Source: Candidatus Shapirobacteria bacterium (GTDB taxonomy: Bacteria; Patescibacteriota; Microgenomatia; UBA12405). Taken from it: 64,000 nucleotides of DNA. Both the position numbers and the translations under genes were made by a program. Location: positions 270,546 to 334,545 of the forward strand of contig JACPHO010000001.1 in assembly GCA_016188545.1 (NCBI GenBank), written 5' to 3'. The notes beneath the pieces were generated by a model, which was not told the origin of the DNA, did not search any database, and saw only the letters and a program-made list of their open reading frames with translations. Numbering within the stretch: position 1 is the first letter of the stretch; each line of letters starts with the position of its first letter. Positions 18,765 through 30,293 of the stretch are shown piece by piece.

Positions 18765-21700
18765 ATGCCTACCGCAAAAAGAATTACCTGGGGTAAAAAG
18801 CGCTCCAACCTCCCTAAACTTGATTTAATTAAAATTCAAACCCAATCCTGGCAAAACTTTCTCAACAACGAACTCTCTGACACCATCCAAACTATCTCCC
18901 CCATCAGTGACTACACTGGTAATAACTGGCAACTAGAACTCGGTCAAATGACCGTCGACCCAACTCCTGTTTCTCCTGATATTGCTAAGAAAAAAGGCCT
19001 CAACTACGTTGTACCTATCCACATCAACGCCAAGCTCACCAACAAAAGAACTGGTGATATCCGCGAAGAAAATGTGTTCTTTTTAAATCTTCCCACCATG
19101 ACCACCGAAGGAACCTTCATTGTCAATGGTATCGAAAGGGGAGTCATCAACCAATTAGTCCGTTCTCCAGGTGTCTACTTCACCGGTGAAACAGATCCTG
19201 GTACTGGTAAAACTCTTTACAATGCTGAAATCCGACCTGTCCGTGGTTCTTGGCTCGAATTCTTTATAGGTAAAAAAGATGTTGTCTTTGCACGTATCGA
19301 TCGTAAGAAAAAATTTCCAGCCACCATTATGCTCCGTGCTGCTTGCCAAATGGGCGACAAACAATTGACAGTCGAATTCTCAGATTTTATCAATGGTACA
19401 ATATCTGCCGATCCTACCAAAACAACTGAAGAAGCAATTCTCGAATTTTACCGAAAACTTCGCCCGGGTGAGCCTGTAGTACTAGAAAATGCCCAAAAAT
19501 TTTTCAACGAAAGATTTTTCGATCTTCGTACCTATGAAATCGGCAATGTCGGTCGTTACAAAATCAACAAAAAATTCGGATTCAAATTTGATGATGAAAA
19601 GAAAGAAAACTGGGTACTTCGCAAAGAAGACCTTGTCGCTACTATCAAATACCTTATTCAACTTCAAAAAGGTGAAGTTAGCCGTCTTGACGATATTGAC
19701 TCATTGGCCAACCGTCGTTTACGCCGAGCTGGTGAAATCGTTTCTCAAATTGCTATCCGACCTGCTTTAGCTCGTTTTGAAAGAATGGTTAAAGAGCGCA
19801 TGTCGCTTATTTCCACCAAGGAAAAACCACTTCCTTCCCAAATGATCAATCCCCAACCATTGATCTCCTCCCTCAACACATTCTTCCGAAGTAACCAACT
19901 CTCCGCCATTCTCGATCAAACTAATCCTCTTTCTGAAATTGATTTGCTTCGCCGCGTGACTGTTGTTGGTATCGGCGGTCTAACTCGTGAGCGTGCCGCC
20001 TTTTCTATCCGCGATGTCCATAGTAGCCAATACGGTCGTATTTGTACGGTCCGTTCTCCAGAAGGTCCAAACATTGGTTTGGTTACCTACTTGGCTCTCT
20101 ACGCACAGGTCAACAAATATGGTTTTATCGAAGCCCCTTTTAGAAAAGTCATTAAAAGTGGTAAGAAGTTCAATGTTTCTCAAGACATAGTCTTTTTAGA
20201 TGCTGATGATGAATATGGAGCCCACATTACCCACTTAGGTGTCCAGATCGACGACAACGACAACATTACCCAAGAGTGGCTACCCATTCGCTATCAAGGT
20301 GAATTTATCGAAGGTCCCCTTGAACTTATCGATTACATCGATTTAGTACCAAACGTAATTGTCGGAACTTCCGCATCCTTAATTCCTTTTGTTGATCATG
20401 ATGATGCCACTCGCGCCCTAATGGGTTCGCACATGCAAACACAGGCAGTCCCACTTGTTTCACCACAATCCCCAATTATTGGAACAGGCATGGAAGGAGC
20501 AATTGCTACCGCCATGAATCGTACAATTTTAGCCAATAATCCGGGTAAAGTTACCTATGTCGATGGTGAGAAGATCATCGTTACTTTAGATGACAAATTA
20601 CCAAAGGGCACTGAAGGTAACCACAGCCAAATCAGTGCTGATGGCAAGACTGAAACTTATTTTCCAGTGAAATTCACTCGTACATCTCCGTATGGTACTT
20701 GTTACAACCAAAAAGTAGTCGCAAATGTTGGCGACAAAATCAAAAAAGGTGATCTTCTTATCGATGGACCATCGACTGACGATGGAGAACTCTCCATAGG
20801 TCGCAATATTTTAGTTGCCTACGCTTCTATTGACGGACTCTCCTATGAAGACTCTTTCCTTATTTCCGATAGACTGGTCAAACAAGACATCTTAACCAAC
20901 ATTCAAATCTACGAAAACGTCGCTCAAGTTGTCGAAACTAAGCTTGGAAGTGAAGAGCTAACCAAGGATATTCCCAATGTTTCCGATGCAGAACTGGCCA
21001 AACTTACTGAAGACGGAATCGTTATGATTGGTGCTACAGTCGGACCAAACGACATTTTAGTCGGTAAAGTCGAACCTCGTGGAGAAAAAGAATTATCAGC
21101 CGAAGAAAGACTACTCCGGGCCATTTTTGGAGAAAAAGCTCGTGAAGTCAAAGATACATCTCTTCGAGTTGCCAATGGTGAAGGTGGAGTAGTTATCAAA
21201 GTCGAGGTTCTCGACAAAGATGGAGGTGATGAACTCGATCCAGGTGTCAACAAGGTCGTTAAGGTTTATGTTGCCCAAATCCGCCGCATTCAGGAAGGGG
21301 ATAAGATTGCTGGACGTCATGGAAACAAGGGTGTTATCTGTCGCATCATGCCAGAGTACGATATGCCTCACTTAGCCGATGGTACTCCCGTCGACTTGGT
21401 TATGTCTCCACTTTCAGTTATTGCTCGTATGAACTTAGGTCAGATTCTCGAAGTCACGCTTGGTTATGCCGGTTTTAAACTAGATAAGAAATTCGCGGTA
21501 CCAGTATTCGAAAAATACACCGAAGAACAAATTGCACAGGAACTAAAAACTGCCTGTCTTTCGGTCAATGGTAAGACTCAACTTTTTGATGGTCGCACCG
21601 GCGAAGCATATGATCAAACCTCAGTAGTTGGGGTTGGCTACATTGTCAAACTTGTTCACATGGTCGACGATAAGGTTCATGCTCGTTCCACCGGTCCATA

Positions 21701-22106
21701 TTCTCTCGTTACTCAACAGCCATTGGGTGGAAAAGCCCGTATGGGAGGACAACGACTTGGAGAAATGGAGGTTTGGGCACTAGAAGCACATCGTGCCGCT
21801 CATACACTTCAAGAAATGTTGACTATCAAGTCAGATGATATTGAAGGTCGTACCCACGCTTTCCAATCCATTATTAAGGGACTTCCAATTCCAGAACCTG
21901 CAATTCCTGAGTCATTTAAAGTTTTGACCAAAGAGTTGGCTGGACTTGCTATTGATATTTCTCCAGTTGGTGTTAAAGAGCTCATTGAAGAGCCTACTGA
22001 GAGCTCACCTGATACTCTTCCAGTCGAATCTGATCTGCCAGTTACCAACCAATCGTCAACTCCTACCTCTGACGATGATGATACCCAAAAGGAGGAGGAA
22101 AACTAA
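18765..22106 (+). CDS. rpoB: DNA-directed RNA polymerase subunit beta
   Basis: 1113 aa with conserved beta-subunit regions (…GDKIAGRHGNKGVI…, …PSRMNIGQ-like) and an acidic C-tail. Confidence 0.95.
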   Translation: MPTAKRITWGKKRSNLPKLDLIKIQTQSWQNFLNNELSDTIQTISPISDYTGNNWQLELGQMTVDPTPVSPDIAKKKGLNYVVPIHINAKLTNKRTGDIREENVFFLNLPTMTTEGTFIVNGIERGVINQLVRSPGVYFTGETDPGTGKTLYNAEIRPVRGSWLEFFIGKKDVVFARIDRKKKFPATIMLRAACQMGDKQLTVEFSDFINGTISADPTKTTEEAILEFYRKLRPGEPVVLENAQKFFNERFFDLRTYEIGNVGRYKINKKFGFKFDDEKKENWVLRKEDLVATIKYLIQLQKGEVSRLDDIDSLANRRLRRAGEIVSQIAIRPALARFERMVKERMSLISTKEKPLPSQMINPQPLISSLNTFFRSNQLSAILDQTNPLSEIDLLRRVTVVGIGGLTRERAAFSIRDVHSSQYGRICTVRSPEGPNIGLVTYLALYAQVNKYGFIEAPFRKVIKSGKKFNVSQDIVFLDADDEYGAHITHLGVQIDDNDNITQEWLPIRYQGEFIEGPLELIDYIDLVPNVIVGTSASLIPFVDHDDATRALMGSHMQTQAVPLVSPQSPIIGTGMEGAIATAMNRTILANNPGKVTYVDGEKIIVTLDDKLPKGTEGNHSQISADGKTETYFPVKFTRTSPYGTCYNQKVVANVGDKIKKGDLLIDGPSTDDGELSIGRNILVAYASIDGLSYEDSFLISDRLVKQDILTNIQIYENVAQVVETKLGSEELTKDIPNVSDAELAKLTEDGIVMIGATVGPNDILVGKVEPRGEKELSAEERLLRAIFGEKAREVKDTSLRVANGEGGVVIKVEVLDKDGGDELDPGVNKVVKVYVAQIRRIQEGDKIAGRHGNKGVICRIMPEYDMPHLADGTPVDLVMSPLSVIARMNLGQILEVTLGYAGFKLDKKFAVPVFEKYTEEQIAQELKTACLSVNGKTQLFDGRTGEAYDQTSVVGVGYIVKLVHMVDDKVHARSTGPYSLVTQQPLGGKARMGGQRLGEMEVWALEAHRAAHTLQEMLTIKSDDIEGRTHAFQSIIKGLPIPEPAIPESFKVLTKELAGLAIDISPVGVKELIEEPTESSPDTLPVESDLPVTNQSSTPTSDDDDTQKEEEN

Positions 22107-22108
22107 CT

Positions 22109-25100
22109 ATGTTTAAATTCAAAAGCATGACCGATTTTACTGGTCTTCAAATCAAACTCTCATCCCCAGCTGACATTTTGTCCTGGTCCTATGGTGAGGT
22201 TCTTAAGCCAGAAACTATTAACTATCGTAGTTGGCGTCCTGAGAAAGACGGTCTTTTCTGTGAGAAGATCTTCGGGCCAAGCCATGACTACGAATGTTAC
22301 TGTGGAAAGTACAAAAAGATCCGATTCAAGGGGATTATTTGCGACAAGTGTGGAGTCGAAGTTACTACCAGTAAAGTCCGACGCGAGCGTATGGGTCACA
22401 TCGCCCTCGCAGCTCCAGTCACTCATTTATGGTACCTTCGCAACACCCCATCACCTTTGAGCATCATCCTTGATGTTCCTCAAAAAGATTTGGAGTCAGT
22501 TGTCTATTTCACCAAGTACCTTATTACTTCTATCGACAACGATAAAAGAAAAGAAGCTCTCCAAAATCTTGGTGCCAATGCTAAGTCAAGAGTCCATCAA
22601 ATTGATGTTGATACTAAAAAACTAATTGCAGATAAAACAGAAATCACCAACCAAGAAAAGAAGAGTCTTAAAACTAAGATCAAAAACAAAGACCAGCTCT
22701 TAATTGCTACTGAAGAGCGTGATGTCCGTCTCAAGCAGGATGTCCAGAAATTAGAAAACAAGGCTACTACTGAGAAAAACCGTATTGAAAGTCTTATCAA
22801 ATTCCTCGAAGACAAAATTCGTGCAATCGAAGTCCTATCCACACTTAGCGATGAAGAAAGTTTCTATCTTTCCCAATTCAAGGCCGACATTTTCTATGTT
22901 GCTCGAATGGGTGCAGAGGCTATCATGGATGTCTTAGATCAACTCGATCTACCAAACACTGTCGTCAATCTCAAAAAAGAACTAGCCAAGACCAGTTCCA
23001 AGATCAAGAAGAAAAAAATCATGTACAAGATCCGTATCCTCAACGGTATGATCGAAAACTCGATCGAACCATCATGGATGGTCTTAAAGAATGTTCCTGT
23101 TGTACCACCAGATCTTCGACCTATGGTTCAACTTACCGGTGGTCGTTTTGCTACTTCAGATTTGAACGACTTATACCGTCGTCTAATTAATCGTAACAAT
23201 CGTCTCAAGAAACTACTCAAGCTCGGTGCTCCTGAAATCATTCTTAGAAATGAAAAGAGAATGCTTCAAGAGTCAGTCGATACTCTTATCGATGCCCAGA
23301 AGAGTTCCAAGAACAAAAGAAAATCTACCAAGAGAACTCCACGAGCCTTGTCCGACTTACTTCGCGGAAAGAAAGGACGTTTCCGACGTAACCTTTTGGG
23401 TAAGCGCGTCGATTACTCAGGTCGTTCCGTCATCGTAGTTGGGCCTGATCTTAAGCTAAACCAAGTCGGTTTACCCAAGGAAATAGCTCTTGAAATCTAT
23501 CGACCATTTGTTCTTCGTGAACTTATCGTCACTGGTTTAGCTGCCAACATCAAAAGTGCCAAAAATCTTATCGATCATCGTGTCTCCGAGGTTTACGACA
23601 TTCTCGAAAGAATTACCAAAAAGAGTTTTGTGTTACTAAATCGTGCACCTACTCTTCACAAACTGTCAATTCAGGCTTTCAAGCCAATTTTGACCGATGG
23701 TTTGGCAATTCGTTTGCATCCTTGTATGTGTGCTGGTTTCAATGCCGACTTTGATGGAGATCAGATGGGAGTTCATTTGCCACTGTCAGAAGCTTCCTTA
23801 AAAGAAGCCAAGACACTGATGTTACCTTCACACAACTTACTCAAGCCAAGTGATGGAAGTCCTATCTCAATTCCCGGTCAGGAAATGGCTGTGGGTTGTT
23901 ACTATGTTACTTCCGTCCAAGTAGTCGATCAAAAATTAGCCGATCAAGAAGGGTATGAGGGTCTAACCATTTTCTCCGATAAAGAAGAGGCTGTATTAGC
24001 CTATCAAGCCAAGAAGATTGGTTTACGTCAACTCATAGTTGTCCGTATTGATGGCAAACTGGTCAAAACCACATATGGAAGAATTTGGTTTAACACCATT
24101 GTTCCCAAAGAATTTGGCTACATGAACGAAGCTATGGCCGGTAAAAAGTCTGTCTCAGACTTGGTCATCCGCACCATGGAACAAGTAAGCCGTATGCGAG
24201 CTGTCAAATTAATCGACGATCTTAAAGATATTGGATTTGCTGGATTTACACTTTCAGGCATTTCCTTGTCTATGGCTGACTGTGGATTTCTTCCTGAAAA
24301 GGCAGGCATTATTACTGCTGCAAATGCTCGAGTGGCTGAGATTGAAGACAACTTTAAAATGGGTCTTATCAGCAATGAAGAGAAAAAGCGTCTATCCCAG
24401 TCTATCTGGATGGAAATCACTGAAAGCATTGCCGAAAAAACTTGGGCTACTCTTGATTCTGATTCTCCAATCAAAATCGTCGCAGCCGCAGGTATCAAGC
24501 GCGCTTCCAAAGATCAGATCAAGCAGCTTTCAGGAATGAGAGGTCTTATGGTCGATCCTGTGGGTCATATCGTACCGCTTCCCACAAAATCAAACTTCCG
24601 AGAAGGTCTATCAGTCTTCGAGTACATTACTGGAGCCAGAGGTACCCGTAAGGGACTTGCTGACACCGCTCTTCGTACAGCCGATGCTGGTTACTTAACC
24701 CGTCGACTAGTCGATGCGGCTCACACCTGTATTACTCGTGAAGATGACTGTGGCACCGCTAAATTCATTACTATTAGTAAAACTGATAAAAACCGTGAGC
24801 GTTACTTTGGTCGCCGAATTCTCGGCAGAGTTTTGGGTGCTGACGTACTCGATCCCAAGACATCTAAAGTTATCGTCAAAAAAGGACAACTACTCGATAA
24901 TGATGTGGTTACCTTAATTGAAAATAGTTCGGCAGTTTCCGTCGACATTCGTTCACCTCTAACTTGTAAAGCTACTGTAGGTATCTGCAACCAATGTTAT
25001 GGTTGGGATCTTAGTAACCGCAAGATGGTTAGAATCGGTGTCCCTGTCGGTGTTGTCGCTGCTCAATCTATCGGAGAACCTGGTACTCAGCTCACACTTC

Positions 25101-25864
25101 GAACCAAGCATACTGGAGGTGTTGTCGGTGTCGACGTTACTCAAGGTCTTCCACGTATTCAGGAGTTATTCGAAGTCCGTACACCAAAAGTACCCTCACC
25201 TTTGGCAGAAATTAGTGGAAAACTCAGGGTCAAAGAGAGTATCGATGGCTATGAGATCAAACTAACCGGTAAGGACGAGAACAAAGTCACCAAAAATATT
25301 ACTTACCTCCTACCTAGTAATGTCACTCTATTGGTAGCCGATGGCGATCTAGTTGCTCAAGGTACTCAAATCTGTTCTGGTTCATTAGATGTCCGTGAGA
25401 TCATGGAAATCAAAGGAATCGAAGCAGCTCAAAAATACCTCATTGATTCTATTCAGTCAGTTTATGAATCACAGGGAATTTCCGTTCATGACAAGCATGT
25501 CGAAGTCATGGTTAAAGAAATGAGTGATAAGATCAAGATTGAAGATCCAGGTGACACCAATTTCCTTTACGGCCAGATAGTTACTAAGGCTGTCTACAAC
25601 GCTGAAAACGACAAAGCTAAGGCCAAATCAAAAGATGACAAACCAAGTCGTGGTAAGAAAATTCTACTTGGACTTATCCAAGCGGCCCTTTCCACCGGAT
25701 CCTGGTTATCTGCCTCTTCATTCCAGCAAACCACATCGGTTTTGACCGAAGCCTCACTTTTAGCTGAAGTCGACAACTTGATCGGTCTTAAGGAAAATGT
25801 TATTATCGGACGTCTTATCCCTGTAAACAGGAGACAAATTAAAATCCAAAATGCCAACCTCTAA
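22109..25864 (+). CDS. rpoC: DNA-directed RNA polymerase subunit beta'
   Basis: Zn-finger [30 protein letters not shown] catalytic motif. GGAGGAGG SD upstream. Confidence 0.95.
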   Translation: MFKFKSMTDFTGLQIKLSSPADILSWSYGEVLKPETINYRSWRPEKDGLFCEKIFGPSHDYECYCGKYKKIRFKGIICDKCGVEVTTSKVRRERMGHIALAAPVTHLWYLRNTPSPLSIILDVPQKDLESVVYFTKYLITSIDNDKRKEALQNLGANAKSRVHQIDVDTKKLIADKTEITNQEKKSLKTKIKNKDQLLIATEERDVRLKQDVQKLENKATTEKNRIESLIKFLEDKIRAIEVLSTLSDEESFYLSQFKADIFYVARMGAEAIMDVLDQLDLPNTVVNLKKELAKTSSKIKKKKIMYKIRILNGMIENSIEPSWMVLKNVPVVPPDLRPMVQLTGGRFATSDLNDLYRRLINRNNRLKKLLKLGAPEIILRNEKRMLQESVDTLIDAQKSSKNKRKSTKRTPRALSDLLRGKKGRFRRNLLGKRVDYSGRSVIVVGPDLKLNQVGLPKEIALEIYRPFVLRELIVTGLAANIKSAKNLIDHRVSEVYDILERITKKSFVLLNRAPTLHKLSIQAFKPILTDGLAIRLHPCMCAGFNADFDGDQMGVHLPLSEASLKEAKTLMLPSHNLLKPSDGSPISIPGQEMAVGCYYVTSVQVVDQKLADQEGYEGLTIFSDKEEAVLAYQAKKIGLRQLIVVRIDGKLVKTTYGRIWFNTIVPKEFGYMNEAMAGKKSVSDLVIRTMEQVSRMRAVKLIDDLKDIGFAGFTLSGISLSMADCGFLPEKAGIITAANARVAEIEDNFKMGLISNEEKKRLSQSIWMEITESIAEKTWATLDSDSPIKIVAAAGIKRASKDQIKQLSGMRGLMVDPVGHIVPLPTKSNFREGLSVFEYITGARGTRKGLADTALRTADAGYLTRRLVDAAHTCITREDDCGTAKFITISKTDKNRERYFGRRILGRVLGADVLDPKTSKVIVKKGQLLDNDVVTLIENSSAVSVDIRSPLTCKATVGICNQCYGWDLSNRKMVRIGVPVGVVAAQSIGEPGTQLTLRTKHTGGVVGVDVTQGLPRIQELFEVRTPKVPSPLAEISGKLRVKESIDGYEIKLTGKDENKVTKNITYLLPSNVTLLVADGDLVAQGTQICSGSLDVREIMEIKGIEAAQKYLIDSIQSVYESQGISVHDKHVEVMVKEMSDKIKIEDPGDTNFLYGQIVTKAVYNAENDKAKAKSKDDKPSRGKKILLGLIQAALSTGSWLSASSFQQTTSVLTEASLLAEVDNLIGLKENVIIGRLIPVNRRQIKIQNANL

Positions 25865-26273
25865 TCAACTAATCAGAAAAGGTCGCCCTGTTCGCACCAT
25901 CAAGTTAAAAGCTGGTGCACTTCGCAACAACTTTAACAGTATCAAAAATCGTACCATTAAAAGTTACAATCCATTCAAAAAGGGTGTAGTTACTGTTGTT
26001 AAGACTATGACTCCCAAGAAGCCTCATTCAGCTCTTCGTAAGGTCGCCAGAATCAAGCTCAGTAACCATACCAGTGTTACTGCCTATATTCCTGGAATCG
26101 GACACAATTTAGCTGAACACGGTATCGTCTCTATCCGTGGTGGTCGTGTCCGGGATCTTCCTGGTATTCGTTATCATGTTATTCGCGGCAAATATGACGC
26201 TTCGGGTGTGGCTGGTCGACTCCAATCACGTTCCAAATACGGCGCCAAACGCCCCGCCAAGACTGCTGCTTAA
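25851..26273 (+). CDS. rpsL: 30S ribosomal protein S12
   Basis: [12 protein letters not shown]…PKKPNSALRK. Overlaps the rpoC end. Confidence 0.95.
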   Translation: MPTSNQLIRKGRPVRTIKLKAGALRNNFNSIKNRTIKSYNPFKKGVVTVVKTMTPKKPHSALRKVARIKLSNHTSVTAYIPGIGHNLAEHGIVSIRGGRVRDLPGIRYHVIRGKYDASGVAGRLQSRSKYGAKRPAKTAA

Positions 26274-26314
26274 TCTTTAAAACTTTATAACTTTCAACTT
26301 TATAAACTCATCAT
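26274..26314 (+). repeat. Intergenic ACTTTATAAC/ACTTTATAAACT motif upstream of rpsG
   Basis: ctttaaaactttataactttcaactttataaactcatcatATG. Confidence 0.45.
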
Positions 26315-26797
26315 ATGTCCAGAAAAGGTCAAAGCAAACCAAGAATCGTCACTCCTGACACTCTATACAACAGCGTCACTGTCAGTAAGATAATCAATTA
26401 CTGTATGCGTGGAGGTAAAAAATCTGCCGCTACCACCGAAATCTATCGGGCCATGGAGATTCTCCAAAAGGAAACCAAATCAGAAGATGTAGTAACCACA
26501 TTAGAGCAAGCTCTTGACAACATCAAACCAAAAGTCGAGGTTCGTCCTCGTCGTATTGGTGGTGCTGTTTACCAAGTGCCCACCGTTGTTCGTGGTAATC
26601 GTCAAAGCTCTTTGGCTATCCGTTGGTTGATTACTGCTTCTCGTGCTCTTCCCAACAAGCAATATCATTTCTTCGGCCAAAAAGTAGCCACCGAGCTTTT
26701 AGCTGCCCTCAAGAATGAAGGTTCTTCAGTTAGTAAACGTGCTGAAGTCGAACGTATGGCCGAGGCCAACAAAGCTTTTGCTCATATGCGTTGGTAA
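26315..26797 (+). CDS. rpsG: 30S ribosomal protein S7
   Basis: 160 aa, conserved S7 core (…KPKVEVRPRRIGGAVYQVP…). Confidence 0.95.
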   Translation: MSRKGQSKPRIVTPDTLYNSVTVSKIINYCMRGGKKSAATTEIYRAMEILQKETKSEDVVTTLEQALDNIKPKVEVRPRRIGGAVYQVPTVVRGNRQSSLAIRWLITASRALPNKQYHFFGQKVATELLAALKNEGSSVSKRAEVERMAEANKAFAHMRW

Positions 26798-26820
26798 ATA
26801 ATTTGTTGTGATTTTTTAAA

Positions 26821-26856
26821 GGAGTGTTGTCCCTCAAAAGACAGCACTCCTTTTGC
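26821..26856 (+). terminator. Rho-independent terminator after rpsG
   Basis: GGAGTGTTGTC-CCTCAAAA-GACAGCACTCC hairpin (one G·U pair) followed by TTTTG. Confidence 0.55.
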
Positions 26857-26876
26857 GTATGTGTTACCATTAATTA

Positions 26877-28319
26877 ATGGCACTGTTTAGCAAACCTCGG
26901 GTTGTAATTTGGCCCAAAGATAATTCTGTAAACATTTATTTAGATCGCACCGAAAATAACATCTTTTCGCTTGACATAAATCTTTGGAAGAGTTGTTCCG
27001 AATCAGATCTCCAGGCATTAAGTACATTGTTTACCGAGCAGGGGATTGATACTGCCACTATTCTCATTCCCGACGATGTTGTTTTTACCAAATCATTTAT
27101 TTATGACTCCGAGATTACCGAAATCGATAAAAACGAAGTTATCGGTCTCGCCAAAAGTTTTATTAGCTTTAAGATCTCACCAGAATACATAAACTACGAT
27201 CTAGTTCAAAGCTCAGGCAAGACAATTATCCAGGCTCGTATTTTTGAAAAATCAAAAATCACCGCTCTTGAGGACAATCTCCGCTCTTTAAATCTAAAAA
27301 CATTTTCATTCGAATCTGTGTCCCAGTCTATTGCCAATATAATTTCCCAAAAATATACCGACCAGTATTTTCTAATTTTTCCTCTTGAGAACAGTGAATA
27401 TCTTTTAATGTTGGCCGCCAAGGATACAATTTACCTTACTTCGATTATCAAAGGTAAAGAGCTTGAGATCCAAAAACTAATAAACTACTCAAAACTATAT
27501 TTTCCGAATATTATCACTAAGATATTTGTTCCCACTGATTTGGCTGCAGACTTAATTGCTACAACCAAACTCGATAAGTCACCCTACAGTCAATCTTCTT
27601 TCGCCACTGAATATAAAAAAACCTCTAATTTACCTGTTCCTGTACTGGGTGTAATGGTTTCAAAATCGTTCCCACCTGGTATAATGAATACATCAGATAC
27701 TAATTCAAGTCAACCAAAAATGGAAAATAAAAAAAACATCCTCCCATTTATAGCTGTTTTTGTAGTTACCGCAGCGCTCGCCTCAATCATTATTTGGTTT
27801 GTATTGAATAAAAACTCCGAAAATACCCCAGAAACTCCTATTGTTGACACTACTCCGACTGTAGTTCAAGAAACGCCTACAGAGGCTCCTACTCCGACAA
27901 TCGCCCCTGTCAGTAAAACTCTCAAGCTCCAAGTCCTCAACGCTACCGATATTAATGGTCAGGCTGCCGTCCTTAAAGAAAAATTAACCAAACTAGGTTT
28001 CACCAGTATTGCCGTAGGTAACTCAAAAGACAAACTTACCGAGAACAAACTCCAGATAAAAGTTTCACAAGCTTCTGCATCTGCTTACTTTGTTCAAGAG
28101 TTAGCGGGATTCTTCGACGTAGTCCCCACTACCGATCTTCCTGAGACTTCCACCTACGACGCCGTATTTTCAATTGGTATTAAGCTTGAGGTTACTGGCG
28201 ATACTTCTATTGCTCCTTCTCTGAAGACTACCGTCACCCCAAGTGCCACTGCTACCAAATCAGCCTCAACTGCCACGCCGACAGCTAAAGCTAATCCTAC
28301 AGTAACCTCCACAGAGTAA
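26877..28319 (+). CDS. Bitopic membrane protein with a C-terminal LytR_C-like domain. The N-domain is possibly PilM-like. It also has a TM helix and a P/T-rich linker.
   Basis: TM ILPFIAVFVVTAALASIIIWFVL. C-terminus LKLQVLNATDINGQAAVLKEKLTKLGF…LQIKVSQAS resembles LytR_C. Confidence 0.45.
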   Translation: MALFSKPRVVIWPKDNSVNIYLDRTENNIFSLDINLWKSCSESDLQALSTLFTEQGIDTATILIPDDVVFTKSFIYDSEITEIDKNEVIGLAKSFISFKISPEYINYDLVQSSGKTIIQARIFEKSKITALEDNLRSLNLKTFSFESVSQSIANIISQKYTDQYFLIFPLENSEYLLMLAAKDTIYLTSIIKGKELEIQKLINYSKLYFPNIITKIFVPTDLAADLIATTKLDKSPYSQSSFATEYKKTSNLPVPVLGVMVSKSFPPGIMNTSDTNSSQPKMENKKNILPFIAVFVVTAALASIIIWFVLNKNSENTPETPIVDTTPTVVQETPTEAPTPTIAPVSKTLKLQVLNATDINGQAAVLKEKLTKLGFTSIAVGNSKDKLTENKLQIKVSQASASAYFVQELAGFFDVVPTTDLPETSTYDAVFSIGIKLEVTGDTSIAPSLKTTVTPSATATKSASTATPTAKANPTVTSTE

Positions 28320-28320
28320 A

Positions 28321-28890
28321 ATGCCTTATACCAGTATCACTGAGACAAAAATCAAAGGTGTCTTTACAATCCAACCCATGGTATTTGGCGACACTCGGGG
28401 TTGGTACCTTCCCGAGCTTGAAGTCTCCGAGCTCGAGGCAGCCATCGGCATCAAACTGGGAATTGCCCAAATTGCCTCATCTTTCAATACCAAGGCTGGT
28501 ATCTTGCGTGGTTTGCATTACCAGAACCCCAACACTCAAGGCAAGTTAGTTCAGGCAGTATCCGGTTCGGTACTTGATGTTGCCGTCGACGTTCGCAAAG
28601 ACTCACCAACGTTTGGGCAACACGTCGCAGTCAAGCTTACTTCACAAGAGCACAACCAGCTTTGGGTTCCCCCGGGCATGGCGCACGGCTATCTTGCGCT
28701 CGAAGAAAACACCCGTTTTTCTTATGTCGTTACTGATAGTGTCTACGACCCAAGTTCTGAAAAAGGAATCAACGCCTTCGATGTTTCCCTTGGAATAAAT
28801 TGGGGAATGACCCGAGAACTAATCGATCTCAAGGAACGCGATCTTCAGTTACCAAATCTCAAAGATATTTCCTTGGAAAATTTACTATGA
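28321..28890 (+). CDS. rmlC: dTDP-4-dehydrorhamnose 3,5-epimerase (cupin)
   Basis: GVFTIQPMVFGDTRGWY…LRGLHYQ…QGKLVQAVSGSVLDVAVDVR RmlC signature. Confidence 0.85.
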   Translation: MPYTSITETKIKGVFTIQPMVFGDTRGWYLPELEVSELEAAIGIKLGIAQIASSFNTKAGILRGLHYQNPNTQGKLVQAVSGSVLDVAVDVRKDSPTFGQHVAVKLTSQEHNQLWVPPGMAHGYLALEENTRFSYVVTDSVYDPSSEKGINAFDVSLGINWGMTRELIDLKERDLQLPNLKDISLENLL

Positions 28891-29753
28891 CCGAAGTTAT
28901 CACTACCGGTCTTAGTGGGTTGGTTGGTTCTCGTCTACTAGAGATCTTTCCTGATTACCGTCTCCAAGACCTCTCTCTCGATTCTGGTCATGACGTTTTA
29001 AAACCAAATACACTTGTCGATACATTTAGCCGGAGTCCTGCCAAAACAGTTCTTCACTTTGCGGCCTTTACGGACACCAATGCCGCGTGGGAACAAAGAG
29101 GCGACAAAAATGGTCTTTGTTATCAGTTAAACGTTATTGGGACTAAAAACATTGCCGACCTTTGTCGCCAGTACCACAAACATCTAATTCACATTTCAAC
29201 CGATTATGTCTTTGATGGTTCAAAAACAACCTCATATACCGAAACTGACACTCTCAACCCTCTCGATTGGTACGCTCAAACAAAATATGATGCCGAAAAA
29301 GTCGTCTCCCCAGAGTTCACTGTTATCCGTATAGCCTCGCCATATCGCGCCATATTTAACGCCAAAATTGATCTAGTCCGAAAAATAATTGGCAAATTAA
29401 AAAACAACGAAGTCTGCAAATTATTTGCAGATCAATATACCACCCCAACCTTCATCGACGACATTGCCATTGGTCTGGGAAAAGTTATTAACAACCCATT
29501 GCTGGGTATTTACCATCTGGTTGGTTCGTCATCACAATCTGTTTATGACATGGGGCAACAGATTGCCAATATTTTTGGTTTTGATCAAAAGTTAATTCAA
29601 CCCTCATCTCTCGCTGACTATCTCAAAACCGACAATGCCCGCCCCTATGCCCCAAACCTGTCACTTTCCAACCAAAAATTTATCGACAACTACAGCTTTA
29701 CCCCCAAAACTCTATCCGAAGGTTTGGCCGAAATGAAAAAACAGCTTACTTAG
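28887..29753 (+). CDS. rmlD: dTDP-4-dehydrorhamnose reductase
   Basis: MTEVITTGLSGLVGSRL N-terminal Rossmann motif. ATGA overlap with rmlC. The ORF-track start at 28800 is rejected. Confidence 0.8.
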   Translation: MTEVITTGLSGLVGSRLLEIFPDYRLQDLSLDSGHDVLKPNTLVDTFSRSPAKTVLHFAAFTDTNAAWEQRGDKNGLCYQLNVIGTKNIADLCRQYHKHLIHISTDYVFDGSKTTSYTETDTLNPLDWYAQTKYDAEKVVSPEFTVIRIASPYRAIFNAKIDLVRKIIGKLKNNEVCKLFADQYTTPTFIDDIAIGLGKVINNPLLGIYHLVGSSSQSVYDMGQQIANIFGFDQKLIQPSSLADYLKTDNARPYAPNLSLSNQKFIDNYSFTPKTLSEGLAEMKKQLT

Positions 29754-30279
29754 TTTTACACAAATCTACTAACGCTAGCCTATGATCCTCATTTCCAATT
29801 TCATCAAGCGGAATTTTGTCAAAATCAAAAAATGCAAAATCTCTAGATTCTTCTGATAATACAATATTTTGATTTTCAGGAAATATTGTTTTATACACTA
29901 TATGTAAAGTTGGATAATCAATATTTTGGAATTTATATAGACCTGGATAAGTTCCAAAATATTCAAACGATAGTACTTTCAGTCCTAGTTCTTCACAAAT
30001 TTCCCTTGAAAGTGCATCAGTTGCAGTTTCTCCTTTCTCCAAAAATCCAGCCGGAATACCCCACTTACCAATTCCTGGATCGTGATTTCTTTTGTCCAAC
30101 AAAACTTGGTTCTTTTTATTCAAAATGATTGCCCCAACGCTTGTTGAAACTGTTATATAAAATTTAAAATCGCATTTTAGACAAAGGTAATAGTTATCTC
30201 CTTTTTTGCTCAGCACTTCTCCGCAACTTGGGCAATATTTGTATTGATAATTGTTTGTCATCTGTCTTCTAGTCTCCAA
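29746..30279 (-). CDS. NUDIX hydrolase with N-terminal C4 zinc ribbon (NudC-like architecture)
   Basis: CPSCGE…CLKCDF, then Nudix box GFLEKGETATDALSREICEELGL. Confidence 0.7.
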   Translation of the reverse strand: METRRQMTNNYQYKYCPSCGEVLSKKGDNYYLCLKCDFKFYITVSTSVGAIILNKKNQVLLDKRNHDPGIGKWGIPAGFLEKGETATDALSREICEELGLKVLSFEYFGTYPGLYKFQNIDYPTLHIVYKTIFPENQNIVLSEESRDFAFFDFDKIPLDEIGNEDHRLALVDLCKTK

Positions 30280-30293
30280 CTATTAATTCTGTT

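Noticed and set aside
19155-25857. Many antisense and alternative-frame ORFs within rpoB/rpoC (e.g. 20924-21253, 24118-24510, 25594-25857)
   Set aside because: They are embedded in highly conserved, long coding regions and are typical spurious ORFs.
28358-28798. Small ORFs 28358-28549 and 28574-28798
   Set aside because: They lie in alternative frames inside rmlC.
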